A DNA stretch of 64,000 bases. Source: Monocercomonoides exilis PA203 (Eukaryota > Protista > Preaxostyla). The stretch's first letter is position 1. Each line of letters opens with the position of its first letter. The notes beneath the pieces are model-generated. The model made no database searches. It saw only the letters and a list, made by a program, of their open reading frames with translations, and was not told where the DNA came from. The stretch covers positions 1,178,001 to 1,242,000 of the forward strand of contig LSRY02000012.1 of the NCBI GenBank assembly GCA_001643675.2, given 5' to 3'. This document shows, piece by piece, positions 51,501-64,000 of this stretch. The position numbers and the translations under genes are program-made.

Positions 51501-51915
51501 ATTGTTGTTCTCTCGAAAAAACAATGCAACTAACAACAGAAACATTCGAAAAGCCATCTTGCAAAATCGTGGAATCCCCGTAGCTGGAAATAATACATTC
51601 TCTTTCGGTCAAAATCGTTGAGTTTGTAATTCTCATTTTCGTAAGCAAACAGCTCATTTCATTCATGACTTGTTTATTCCAAATTTTTGAAAGTTTTCCT
51701 TTCGCAGATGGGTCATTGCGACTATTTTCCATGTAAAATGCTCGATGTTTTCTGTTTTTATCGAAATTTAGCACTGTAGTTTGGCCCGAAGCATCAGTGA
51801 AGCAATTTGGATCATTTTCAATTATGAAAGATTTATAATCTGATCTACACGAAGACCCTCCTTGAATAAAAATACTTTCAATTGCAAAATTCACAAGCAA
51901 ACAAAAAATAAACAT
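45538..51915 (-). CDS. Large intronless type I membrane surface protein (~2125 aa; beta-helix GGAI/FxxN repeats, CGxxxxPC motifs)
   Basis: Signal-peptide-like MFIFCLLVNFAIES (ATG 51915); GGAIF/GGGLY/GGAIY/GGALS + FxxC/FxxN; CGSSTKLPC, CGTFNLPC, CGSEDDPC; TM MMIIIIAVSSAVVGVGFAVALFFV then RRRWRKK. Confidence 0.8.
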   Translation of the reverse strand: MFIFCLLVNFAIESIFIQGGSSCRSDYKSFIIENDPNCFTDASGQTTVLNFDKNRKHRAFYMENSRNDPSAKGKLSKIWNKQVMNEMSCLLTKMRITNSTILTERECIISSYGDSTILQDGFSNVSVVSCIVFSREQQLGCSFAKTGSVLQLKNISVLSRIDSMEMNSFVFMKSDSPIWNPYVSVTVSSSSFSSVLISTTFFASSVIESTLELLDSTFFNISAKQNASMQEQKPNSCSITISNSAFNHVYGVYDGVLIPSISADARSLDNFNTTHISCSRWENKHYTNETLKRVVLDPSVDKEFTFDSCIWKRIIGYEFGQCIFVNAQDETLVTLTVKRSSFESCKNKIGSGGAIFVKGNVAVTLENSSFQNIICENENKNVETAAGAVHVISIRSPAIRKCLFFDCSSNADACVVFERKLSQIPQRKTDFCGNHTIWHQNNYSQIRERNNFPHEGNDMKMQTEWNSDPEEFFEEVEPVCVQSVFTGCASKRSGGGLYLKDVEDQALVSECDFSSCKANYGGAIYVVVADAVFLSCDRRLCNQDLFCIYMSYFAVNTADKYGHDAFVVSEADYDDGLKLFSLCKTSELKEGAVVQMKRSKPDEIFFLSKSLEVARRVIELDSTANYNAACGSSTKLPCQNVFQALTHVAKSEDVKFSIDSDAKTFEDASCIIDGIDLEIDGNNGGVISVGTNNFAVLFWAVFILSDTTFNVMNLTILCPKMEMYPYDSIFFTTNYESPSTVFFDHIVFKYDSESKPSHNIGGYSAAREMLSSSETFEWFSFFHLANNASLSIVESLFCEIPDGTIRNFFATGTFTRLNILDSVFQNISAHFEEAVLFNGALTRLNFVAIRNITANLITTVSPFGGFVDCSLHEEASLVITNCSFKSCSAIESGGALSLSLLKDASLILDQLSFFNNSAEKYRDMRIFTYFLPDINIQRIFSFVDESVDGTQIGGFDIGNYKKGISIKEFLSVYSNSTIFVSSSRGVDFTRCGTFNLPCRSLSYGWAHLDEPRRLIVVDLAYLTLPSILEKAEICSSTELGIAGKVEVNVKYSSSWREVILLNGSVKFEGVNLVLHPMTTSTKNAITVIRGASLWIKMIISFSSIAEEQSIDYMLFNIEGGDVTFDNLSIKGDKTLITTTLFNIVSDEDLLQLKDVSIENVKIKHDMISISPDKRQDTEWMDQRNRQIILISNLSFIKMNDLTDSERSSGNAKEEILGGRLLRSRESARQKLELHNSSLSGFMSPDDFEPFGGCIYWSGKKRDGKDSSTASEDDEAEESSELLFKNCTFCNDSLDTQLHEKETKGGAIYLEFDSSTFPFVFQDVCMFENKANTGNDIFFRCTSIINKDELKKFGINFRHPLWKEQNSIIAESEQDGKMVDYLEFAAYRNSIIYVSGYDSLAKNCRTEQTSTFSSHSSSNFSQCINDVHEKQESGWDIFFCGSEDDPCCTVNYAMTHLTSPTSSISQKVLNSSQRVPDFIRKMQIFGEEDKDEHLTLRIVGEPSIFDSVTWKSLSVEGEADGAGLLFEKNGQEANKRRGIKQKSKLSECNEQMDVHVVIKGKCKMNNANAKISSDLPESCLFLIDDEGTFEIERCTISSLNELMIIPTIFKIEAGTLLCTLMNLNKVLFKSESFFIDCSELVDESKVNVQLNECSLNNLTVNDQNSMILFSAKEKSSYESSAHNHFIESTSLFTTTSYSSNISSIHQALSSSHSNLNNSSHDEKSSIPLHVPLKFVNTNVSFNSHISGKGFFLAANRCSYVEIAGCSFLYVNVSSSTDNMQKDDSNDICFWSSSFLSFVDSLAYVRNTTFRTKLEGAIYSENSYLSIDVGSMKGNSVELTEFPSVAHNIICKNDDSEEGKGVIELVNDTGSSIYSKPTAKNGKSRIFKESNEELSENFWIENNNCSLVGFPSNMMSSLFTPQPVNVSSAKSGERYEVTLKGKYLLNCNLLMVLLANQTNAGKFTDELVEIAVADKLNSGNENAVSAIFPLDAMERADGSDVYVVLKFSTERAFNKDLTTVPLRVNEGNNSGVVDDTMMIIIIAVSSAVVGVGFAVALFFVRRRWRKKMLLTEYEEKRSLLTSINADIQGWMRRKEENTAISSNISDYGTTTKQIDIPSDSQEPFLEE

Positions 51916-52315
51916 CTGACATGTATCAAATAAATTAACCAAGTAATAAAAGCTGCAAAAACTGTTTTTTATTATGGGCATTGTTCAAATTCTTTTTTGT
52001 TTGAAATATGATTTTCTTTTTTTTTAATGAAACAAACTGAAAGAAGCATTTATTATTGGGGAAAAACACATTTTCTTTTCTATTTGTTTTATTCAAACAT
52101 TCTGAAAGAAATTTATAACATTTTTAATGAAGATTTTTCGATAAATCAATTTCAATCTTCAATGTTTTTTCTCCACTTTTGAAGAAGTGCAAAAAATAAA
52201 CTATGTTTTCTTATAAAAAACATTAGCATTGCTTTTGCCACTTCTTTTTGTTAGGCTCGCACACCACAAAAATTAAAAGTGAATTGTTTGAAAAAAAAAT
52301 TGGTAAATAGTTCTG

Positions 52316-52879
52316 TTATGCGATTTTAGTACGGAAGAATTGATTAGCAACATAAAAGTTGGTTCCATTTGGAACTAAATGGAAGACCTCCGCGAACAGT
52401 GTTGATGCTGTAGCACCAGCAACCTAAATTATCATTAAAAAGTGAAAAAATAATCTTTTCTGCATAAATTTACAACAAGCCTGAACTTCCCCAATGACCA
52501 TAGCATGGAAACAATTTGGACCAGGACTTGGCTGAATTGAAAAATGTTTTGGAGTGTGCTTCATTTGTGGAAGTCCTTTCAATTGAGCAAGAATTGCAGC
52601 TCCAACAAACTCTTTTCCTTCCATTGTCATAATTGAAGTCGGTTGCTAAACGCAATTAAAAACGAAAGCATATAAATTTATAATCAAATGTATATTTATT
52701 TAAAAACGTAAACATAATCAAGCGAATTACAATTGAATAAAAAACTAAAAATATATTGTTCAGACATATAATGTGTTAAGACCCTCACGATTCGTATCGA
52801 GAAGAGTGTAGTATCTTTGTAATGTTTCGGTTGCAAGTTGTTGTACAGATGAAGATGCTGCTTGAGGAGTTGCTGCCAT
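52316..52879 (-). CDS. NTF2: Nuclear transport factor 2, 3 exons (second intron GC-AG)
   Basis: RYYTLLDTNREGLNTLY|QPTSIMTMEGKEFVG...SIQPS...VIGEVQ|VAGATASTLFAEVFHLVPNGTNFYVANQFFR. Confidence 0.88.
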
Positions 52880-53052
52880 TGACAAAAATGTTTATGTTGA
52901 TCAAACCTTATTTTAGTACTTGAGGATTGCTTGCATAAAAATAAAGTGATAATTAACAATATATATTAAAATTTTACAAATAGTAAATTGGATTTTAACG
53001 AAATGAAATGCATTTACATTTTTTTTTTGAAATGAAAAATATGAAATAAGCA

Positions 53053-54015
53053 TTAGAAATGCTCAGCTGCTCTATGCTGAACAGTTCTAAGATGTCCATA
53101 AACTTTTCCAGGCGGAGAACCTTTTGAAATTAGAGTTACAATGATAAATTGAAAAAAAAAATTGAAAAATCAATAATATTAATTTAATTATTTTAATAAA
53201 AATACGAATAGAGGCACAAACCAAGAATCAGGGAACATACAGCGTCTTTTGCAAGAGCAATATTTGCATATGAGCCAAGTATATGAACTTTGCTGTCATA
53301 TTCAATATAAATAAAAGCACTTTAAAAATTGAACAAATACAAACTTGTCAGCAAGAACAATTCTAGTCTTTGTAGAATTCTCGATTGCAAATTTCATAGA
53401 ACCATCTTTTCCCGCAATTCTCCCAATACCTCGTGATAGATGATCACCTTGAAGGGATTTCACTGTTTGATTGTTTATAATTAAAAAGAGCTAAAGTAAC
53501 AATTTTCAAAAAATAAATATGTATAAACCATCTTGTATTTCAAAGGTGTCAAGGAAAAGATCATCAAGTTGAATGAGTGCAACAGCATCCTGAATAAACA
53601 ATCAGCTAAAAAGTCCTCTGAAAAAGAAGAAATACTCAAACTCTCTGTTCAAATCCAAGCATGAACGCTGTCAAATAATCTACAGCCTAATGAGTTGAAT
53701 TTTACAAATATTAAAAAAATTTATGAAAACAACAAATCAAACCTTTTGAAGAGCAGATGTTTCTGCTGAAGGCCCTGGTCGTAGATGTATGATATTTCGT
53801 ACATCATCGAATTTGAATTGAAGTTTAAGGTGCTCCACAATAGGCTTTACAATCGCGACGAAGTTTTCTTGAAATGGAGTAAGTCTGTTCCTTGGAACAT
53901 AGATTGTTCTTTCTTGAACAAATCCTGTAGCTTGCGGTGCAGAAAGCGCGTCAAATTGTGGTATTGGTGTAGGTACGACGGAACTTGTTGATGGTTCCTC
54001 TATATCCATGGACAT
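53053..54015 (-). CDS. PNO1: Pre-rRNA processing KH protein PNO1/Dim2, multi-exon
   Basis: VPRNRLTP...PIVEHLKLQ, AFMLGF, DAVALIQLDDLFLDTFEIQD, KSLQGDHLSRGIGRIAGKDG, FAIENSTKTRIVLAD, HILGSY, SPPGKVYGHLR. Confidence 0.92.
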
Positions 54016-54120
54016 GCTTTAAACAATAAAACAATAATAATATTTATTTTACTATGGGCGAATGAAACTGTTTAATGAAGGGAGAGATCTGTTCATTTTC
54101 TGATTTATTTGTTCAGAGTA
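54016..54120. promoter_or_regulatory. Putative compact bidirectional promoter between PNO1 and PGM
   Basis: Divergent start codons only 105 bp apart. Confidence 0.5.
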
Positions 54121-56446
<2,326 letters not shown>

Positions 56447-56710
56447 TTTTCCTTTTGGCCATTTTTGAAACATGTTTTTGAAGTTAACTCGTTTCCTATA
56501 CATTTAATGATTTTATCTTTCTCTTATTTTTTTTTTTTTTTGAAGTTTTGGAGCAACCTGGTAACTTAAATTTATTGGGAGCATTCTTCATTTAACTTCA
56601 ATAAAAATTAATTAATATTTATTCTGATATTTTCAAAACGCCATATGAAAAAATAGAATTTTTATTTCCTATTTAATTGTTCTTTAAAAAAGTGTCGTGT
56701 AAAAATAATA

Positions 56711-58244
56711 TTAAGAATCTTTCCATCTGCAAAACACAAGAGAAGTAATAAATGCACTCACAACAGAAGGGTCAAGAGCCGAAAGAGTTATCATCTCATT
56801 TTCGTCTTTTCCTTCTTCAAAAGATTCGTCAAAATTACGTTCATCTTTTAATTCTTCAACTGTTTCAGATATATCTTTGCTTTTGCATTTTTCTTTTATT
56901 TCTTCATCTTCATCTCTTGAAACATTTTTAACTTCTTTGCCGTCTTCTTTGCAATAGTCATCATCATCATCATCATCATCTTCTTCTTCTTCTTCTTCCA
57001 AATTTTCATTTTCAAACAACACCTTGTCAGCACCAACGGCCCGTTCAATTTCCTTCCAACCACCCCAACTGGAAGATCCATATGACAATCGAGCCCTGAT
57101 CATAGATGCCGGCTGACTTCGAAACGCTCTTGAGTCATCAGAAATATCTGGCTGTGAATCCGGTGCAAAGTGTTCTAATGCCAGTGAAGTATGCATTTTT
57201 TCGCTCTTTGCAAAGCACTGACATTTCATTGTTTTCATCACATCGCATGAAGGAGCCTCGCATGATGATAATTTGTCCGAATGATTTGTTTGCTCGCAAT
57301 CAGTTCTAATCTCATCAAATTCATTCAAACCGCTCCAAAATTCTGTTTGAATGTTGTTTGGAATAACAAGAGCTAGTCTAAGTTCAGATTCAAAGCCAAA
57401 GAGATCTTCACATCCTGCTCGAAATAATCCAAGTAAAGCGTGCTTTGCAATAACATAACTAGCGGCATCCATTTCTCCTTCTTCTCCGTCTGTTGATCCA
57501 ATTAGCACCAATGTGGTCCCTTTCAAATTCTGAGCTTTAACAGAGCAAGTAATTTCCTCTGAACAAGGCTTAATTTTTGAAGCTTGGCAAGAACTGGTCG
57601 AACATGTCGATGCAGAAGATGGAGGATCCATTTTTTCAACTTGAGAAGGTATGTTTATCGCGCTTCGTTGATTTAATCTCCGTTTTATTTGAATCATCCT
57701 TCGAGAATATTGAAGGCTATATAGAGCTGGAACCACATGCACTTTAATTGAACTTTCTAAAACAGTTTCATCAATGTCAAAGATAGACTTGAACACGACA
57801 TCACCGCATGTCACCACTATTCCATTAAAAATAAGTGCATTCCTTTCGCAATTTGCTTCATTTTTCTCAACAGGCAGCAAAAATAGTTTTTGACATTCCC
57901 TCCAGAAATCTTTTCTGCATGGATCTCCAATAACAAAGCCAATCATAACAAATGGAAATTCTTTTTTCAGGTTTGCCGCAGCAATCTTTGCTTTTTCAAG
58001 GAAACGTGAAGTGAGAATGACATTCCATCCTTTTGCACAAAACGAGCTGTTAATATTTGGATCGTGAAACAAAAGTATTTTGCTAATTATTTTGTATTTT
58101 GAAAAAGATACCGGCAAGTATTCATTCCAACTCCGCCGCATCCGCCAACGACAACTTTTCAATGAAGATTTTAATTAATTAACAATGCATTTTTCATTTA
58201 AACATCAAAAAAAGAATAATTAGCAAACAACAGCATCCAGGCAT
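56711..58244 (-). CDS. Short-chain dehydrogenase/reductase-like protein with insertions, 3 exons
   Basis: Spliced N-terminus MPGCCFVVGGCGGVGMNTCRSFCAKGWNVILTSR (Rossmann Gly motif); IGS...YVIAK (YxxxK); P..IQTEFW. Confidence 0.72.
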
Positions 58245-58507
58245 CTGAAACAATTTCCTTTTTTCATAAAGTGAGCTTTGATTATTCCATTCCATAAATA
58301 ATTACTTTAATCGTGGATTTTAATTGTTCTTCAACGAAGCAAACTGATTATTAAAAAAGTAATGAATAGTCTACCCTTTATAAAATAGATTTCAATTAAC
58401 TGATTCAATCATTTCTCCATTGTTCACATGTACCATTGAAAAATGAAATCTTAATACATAAATTTGAACTTTTAGAAAGTGAAAATTTGTTGTGTTAAGT
58501 GATGTGA

Positions 58508-59928
58508 TTATGAAATGAGAGAATAAAATAGCAGAGAACCATCATCACCGCATGAAGCCAATCTATCTCCATTCCAGTTGTAAGCAACACCCCATACTTG
58601 GTCTGTATGGGAATCAAATGTATGAATGCACTTCTGATTTCTAATATCCCACACTTTCACTTTTCTATCACTCGAACTGAATAAATAGAAAAAAAAAACA
58701 TAAAAAAACATTAACAAAAAATTGAATTCAGAATGAATTAATAAAGTAAAAATAAATAAATTCCAGATAAATAGATTTAGTAATTTTCATAAATATCTCG
58801 TTTATTTCATCTTTTTGAATATAAATTTATCCCAAAGCAAACCCGCTTGCAAAATGATGACCATCCGGAGATGCTGATACACAGAGAACGCCAGAAAGAT
58901 GTCCAACAGCAGTCCCAACAACTGCACCAGTTTTTGAATCACTGACGTGTATCCTTCCATCGTCACTTGCTGAAAGAAGATAACCTAATGATGGTGAATA
59001 TGAAATACTACGAATAGGTGAAGGTGACTGTGGTTTTATTGTAACAACAGGTTGTGAAGATGTTGAAGAAGATGAAGAGTGTCCAGAAGCCTCAAAATCA
59101 AAAATGCTAATAGCGCCTGATGCATATCCTGCAGCAACTCGATGCTCGTTTGGAGACTAAGATTGAAAAAAGTGCGAGAAATAAAAAAGAGAGAAGAGAA
59201 AATTGCAACGATTATAAAAATGATATAAATACAAACATTTGAAACGGCCATTATAAATTCTTTGCGTTCAGGATCAAAAAGCGTCGAAGTAGTTTCAGAA
59301 TCCAATCTCAGGTATTTTATTGTACCAGTTTGAGAACCAATTGTTACTCCTCTTCCATCTGGTGTAATGTCAGAACTCCATGAGCCTCCGGGACCCTGAT
59401 CGATGTCTTTTAAGCACTCATATTTTTCAAGATCAAAGACTCGTAAGTGGCAATCCATTGAACTTACAGCAGCAATTGTTCCTGATGTATCACAATTGAC
59501 ACTTACAACTCCAAGACGTTGTCCAGGAAAAGAGTGCAATCTATTAAAATGAGAGCCAGAACTGAATTAACAATGAATACGAAAAATGACTCTTTTTAAA
59601 CATGATATTGATGAACATACAATACATTCACTTTTTCGTCTATAGATCCAGTTATGACTTTGTCCGTTCGTCCAGACCAGCACATGCACCAAATGCTGTC
59701 TGTGTGTGCATTGTCTATGCGTCTAATGACGTTGAACATAAATATTAAATTGATATATGTTGATCTTTCCCTTATTAATGTTCAGAATATCTTGAACATT
59801 CATTTTCGAAAACAAACTTGAATGAACAAAATTCTGCATTTCTAATGTGTGTTGGACAATCAAATAATAGAAAATGAACAAAAATTTGTAAAATCTTTCT
59901 GAATTCAAATTTGATATAACATAGACAT
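58508..59928 (-). CDS. WDR61: WD40 protein WDR61/Ski8, multi-exon
   Basis: AHTDSIWC...[19 protein letters not shown]...[14 protein letters not shown]...[16 protein letters not shown]...[11 protein letters not shown]...LASCGDD. Confidence 0.88.
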
Positions 59929-60169
59929 CTTTGTCAAAAACAGCAACACTTGAAGTCTATTTGAACGTTTTTCCTTCAAAAGAATTGTTGAAAACGAACA
60001 AATCATCAAATTTTTAAATCAGTTTTTGCAGTAAATGTTTATAATGTAAAGGGGATTGGAAGTGTCCAGCGAATGTTAAAAAACAATTCACGCAAATAAG
60101 AAAGATGCCACGAAACAAAAGAGAGAAGAATTCAACATAAATAAAAACTTCATGAAGAAGGTTAAGTAA

Positions 60170-61950
60170 TTACAAGTCGTGATGGTCTGTATGGTGCTTA
60201 TTGCCCTGCTTGCCTTCTTTTTCTTTCTTCAGCTCCTCCTCTTTTTCTTTTTCCTTCTTTTCGTCTTCTTCGCGGATGATATTCTCATCAACTTCGATTT
60301 TCAAGTTTGGCACGTTGTCTCTGAGGAATCTGCGGATTTTCTGGATTGAGTAAAACTCCAAGTGCTTTGACGGATTCAGCTTGTCTTCCGGCTTGAAAAG
60401 AAGAAGCGTCGGGTAGCCTTCTGTCACAACAGTCGGCCACACGTCGTTTGTGGTCACGTCAAAGTCGGCAATGAATATCCGCCCGTCGTCTTTGATCTCT
60501 TCAGCCACTGGCCCTATCTCCTTTGCCAGCTTTTTGCATTTCTCGCACCACGGCGCAGTGAATTTCACAAACACATAGAAGTCAGAGTCAAGCACAGACT
60601 CGTTGAATGTCGAGCCCACAACCTTGACAACTTTCCCTTCTCGCCCAGGGCACAGCCTCCTCTTCTCTGTTTTCTTCTCCCCCGTCTTTTCATCTGTAAT
60701 CTCAACATCTTCAAACGCATTCCACAATTCGTTCCAATTGTCCGGGATTGGCTCAGAGCGCAGGTTCAGTGGGACTTTTCCCTCAAGCCAATCTTCACAA
60801 AACTTCCTCACTTTGTCTTCAGACGGAAGCAAAAAGCTCTCTCCATCTTTGGGCCTCAGAGGATAATGTGCTGTGGGACGTTGATCCGGTGCTAGATTTT
60901 TCGGAAAGTGGGGCGGTTTGTGTTGCTTTGGAGGAGCAGCGTGTTCACTTCCGTCTTTCTTTGCTGCAAGCTCGCGTTTCCACTGGTCATTCCACGGCGC
61001 CACGATGGTGAATGCAGGGAAGAAGTCAGCCTCAACGCCCAATGTTTTTGTGAGTCTCCAATGCTTTTGATGATCAACAACGCAAAACAGCATTTTCCCT
61101 TTCAGAGACTTCGCTACAGAAGTAGCAACGTTCCATCCTAAAGAAGTTAAGCCAGCGTGATGGCTATCAACAAACATAAATCCGACAGGAACATCGGCTC
61201 CCATGTATCTCCACGCAGTGTATTCAGTTAATTCCTCGACCAATGGAACTGCTTGCTCGGCTATCCACATTACGAGTGAAAACACATTAATTGCATCTTT
61301 GTATTCAGTGACATAGTCAAATGCAACATCTACATGTTGAACTTTAATTTCTTCTATTGAAGGATTTACAACAGCAACCCAGACATCTCCTTCTCGTTCA
61401 TTTAACGAACACCCGCAATAAGATGCAAATTCTTTTGCTTCTCTTGATGGAAAATAGCCAACAATTGCGTGCTTAAATGGTTTAAATATTTTTTTTGCTT
61501 CTTCATAACTGGCAAAAACGCGAACTCTCTTTTCCATATTTTGTCCAACCCATTCAACAATTTCAGAAGAATCTTTTTCTGAGTTGAATGAAACAGGTTT
61601 GTATGTGCTAAAAAATGCTGATAAAAAAAGCAAAAAACAGCCAATATCAATGCAAACTGAAAAAGTTTAACTTCTGGAATTCCATTAAGTTGGGCTTTTT
61701 TGCATGTCGATGGATGGCTTGAACAATCTATTTCCCCAATTGTTAACCCATATTGATCTAATTCTTCTGATGCTAAGTGAAATTGCTTTCGTATTTCATC
61801 ACTTGTTGGATCATCGGTCATATAAAAAAGAAACAAAGATGGAAAGGATGAAGCAACTTTTTCAAAATTTTTATTTGTTACAGCTATCACTTTATCGGTT
61901 TCGCACCATGCAGCAAGGCAAATGAAATAAAAAACATGAAAATAATTCAT
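60170..61950 (-). CDS. Protein disulfide isomerase family protein, ER-resident, 2 exons
   Basis: Signal peptide; a-b-b'-a' thioredoxin folds; LRSEPIP, VKVVGSTF, FTAPWCEKCKKL, GYPTLLLF; C-terminal HHDL. Confidence 0.88.
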
Positions 61951-62192
61951 TTCCTTTTTCTTATTAACAAGCAACGGGATGATCAAATTATGCTCAATCA
62001 AGAAAAAAGGTCACTTTTTAAAAATAGAAATATAACATATAACATGATACAACAAATATCATTTTAAGTGTGTAAAGTCACTTCCTTTAACAAAATATTT
62101 CACTAAAAAATTTACAATTTAATGATAACAAAATTGACAAAATGAAAAGAGTCACAAATATCACAAAACACATAAAACGAATTTCATATAGC

Positions 62193-62675
62193 TTATATTG
62201 ATTCATATGGCGTGATATCAACAGGTTCAAATCCGTCTGAAAATGTGAAATAAACAAAATTAAAACGAGAAAAAAATAATAATGATAAATAAATATGTTT
62301 ATGTATACCATTTGTCTTTAATCTTAACGAAATTTCTGAATCTTCCAAGATGCCTTGTTCACCGAGCGTCTTGCTGTCATTCAAATCTCGAAGTCCAAAT
62401 GTTAGTAACATTTCATTTGGTGGAACGCTCTATATTACAGCAATTCAACATATCATAAAAAGCACTGCAAGTTAAAATATATCGCTTGAATGTGTAGTCA
62501 AACCAAGATGGGAGAGAGTTTCTCTTTTGTTTGAATGATTGTTTCATGAGACTCAACTAAAAGGAAAATTGTTTGCTTTTTCCTTTTCACTCTTATGTAC
62601 TATGTTTCGCGTAAAAATTTCATTATTTATTTATCAAAACAGCAAACTCTAAAAAATAAAAACATTAAATACCAT
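62193..62675 (-). CDS. Elongin B-like ubiquitin-fold protein; ATG-only first exon, 4 exons
   Basis: M|YIRVKRKKQTIFLLVESHETIIQTKEKL...VPPNEMLL...LNDSKTLGEQGI...LRLKTNDGFEPVDITPY. Confidence 0.75.
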
Positions 62676-63362
62676 TTTTGATACAAAATGTGGGTTGACG
62701 AACCAACAAAAAATCATTGTTAGTTCAACAATATCCATTAAACTCAGATTAAATGAAAGAAAAATGAATATGTATTTTCTTTGACTTCTCTTTGATGCTT
62801 CACAGAATGTCTGAACAAAAAATGTGTTTTATTCAGAAATATTTGAAAACCGGAACGAAAGATGAAGTGCATTGTTGAAAGAGAAATAACTATTTGAGAG
62901 ATTCCGAAGACCAGAAATTGATTTTTTTGTTTTCAATTTTCTGATTAGATTTCCTTTAAAAATGTTTCAACTTTTCAAAATGCTTTTTGCCATTTATAAA
63001 TCAAAACAAGTTTTCAAATGAAGAATCATCATTTTGTACGCAATATAATATTATATTTACATAAAGAAAAAAATCAAAACTCTCTGATATAATTGAACAG
63101 TCGATAATAGTAATTTGAAAACAACATTCAATTAATTCAAATTGGCATGATATTCAGAAAATGAAATCTTTTCTATCTATAACTTTTTACGGTTTTAATT
63201 TTTTGTGAAAATAAAGAAAGAATTTTAACTTCTCAGTTGATTCTTAACGAATGTTAGTGAAATGAACACGAAACAATTGAGAAAAAGAAAGAAAATAAAC
63301 AGAACAAATAAAAAATGGTTCCTCAATCATCTTCAATTTGTTGAGCAAGAATGCAAATAAAT

Positions 63363-64000
63363 TTAGTCGACTTGTTCCATTTCACCTGGCTCAGCTGAAG
63401 CATCGGCTTCCAATGGTGGAAGGTCAGATGCATCTGATGAATCGCTTGTATCATCAATTGAAAGACCAAGCTTGATCATTCTGTGAATGCGAGAGGCAAA
63501 TGATGATGAATCTTCAAGTGAAAATCCAGATTGAAGCAATGCAGTTTCATAAAGCATCATGACAAGATCCTTCAATGTGGCATCTGCTGGGTTGTCGCAT
63601 TTCTTTCTCAATTCAGCCATGATTGGATGATCTGGATTGATTTCCATGATTTTCTTTGATGCCATGTATGAGAATGAAGAAGCATCACGCAATGCTTGAG
63701 CCTTCATGATTCTTTCCATGTTAGCAGACCAGCCGTATTCGTTGGTCACAAGAACACATGGTGAATCAACAACACGTGAGGAAATTGTGACTTTCTCGAC
63801 TTTTTCTCCGAGGATGTCCTTCATAACTTTGCACAAGTTTTCGTTGGCAGCTGCCATTTCCTCTCTTCTCTTTTTCTCTTCTTCTGTCTCTTCAATTTCC
63901 AATCCTTCTTTTGTAACGCAAACAAGTTTCTTTCCTTCGTAGTCCTTGAGTTGTTGAACAGAGTACTCATCGATTGGATCAACCATGAACAAAACTTCCA
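63363..64000 (-). CDS. HSP90: Cytosolic HSP90, C-terminal part (5' end outside window)
   Basis: DPIDEY...[17 protein letters not shown]...EINPDHPI...[12 protein letters not shown]; C-terminal MEQVD (MEEVD-type). Confidence 0.97.
   Translation of the reverse strand, partial: EVLFMVDPIDEYSVQQLKDYEGKKLVCVTKEGLEIEETEEEKKRREEMAAANENLCKVMKDILGEKVEKVTISSRVVDSPCVLVTNEYGWSANMERIMKAQALRDASSFSYMASKKIMEINPDHPIMAELRKKCDNPADATLKDLVMMLYETALLQSGFSLEDSSSFASRIHRMIKLGLSIDDTSDSSDASDLPPLEADASAEPGEMEQVD

Noticed and set aside
62222-62240. GGTTCAAATCC T-loop-like motif
   Set aside because: Antisense to the Elongin B-like last exon (DGFEP); no cloverleaf

Overview
Eukaryotic, gene-dense, AT-rich genomic DNA. Short spliceosomal introns (donors typically GTTTG/GTATG, acceptors YAG/AAG), standard genetic code, and huge Ser/Glu/Gln low-complexity insertions. 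This style resembles the oxymonad Monocercomonoides (inference from style only). About 19 protein genes can be built: two GGA/FxxN beta-helix surface membrane proteins, an FHA/coiled-coil protein, a hugely expanded PP2A-A-like HEAT scaffold, a large unknown helical/low-complexity protein, RAD23, a giant WH1/PH-like plus PAM2 low-complexity protein with an internal frame break, MROH1, thioredoxin, a Chk2-like FHA kinase, NTF2, PNO1, phosphoglucomutase, an SDR, WDR61/Ski8, a PDI-family protein, Elongin B-like, and the 3' part of cytosolic HSP90. A decayed pogo/Fot1-type DDE transposase follows an 86-bp-arm palindrome and precedes a (TAAAA)34 array. No rRNA, tRNA or CRISPR was found. I do not see a clearly new multi-gene system. 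The most notable signals are the PAM2/WH1 giant protein with its frame break, two homology-supported GC-AG introns, recurrent introns right after the start codon, stop-free 3n introns, the expanded PP2A-A with an inserted zinc finger, and the palindrome/transposon relic. All family assignments come from recalled motifs, not database searches. Gene coordinates span introns.
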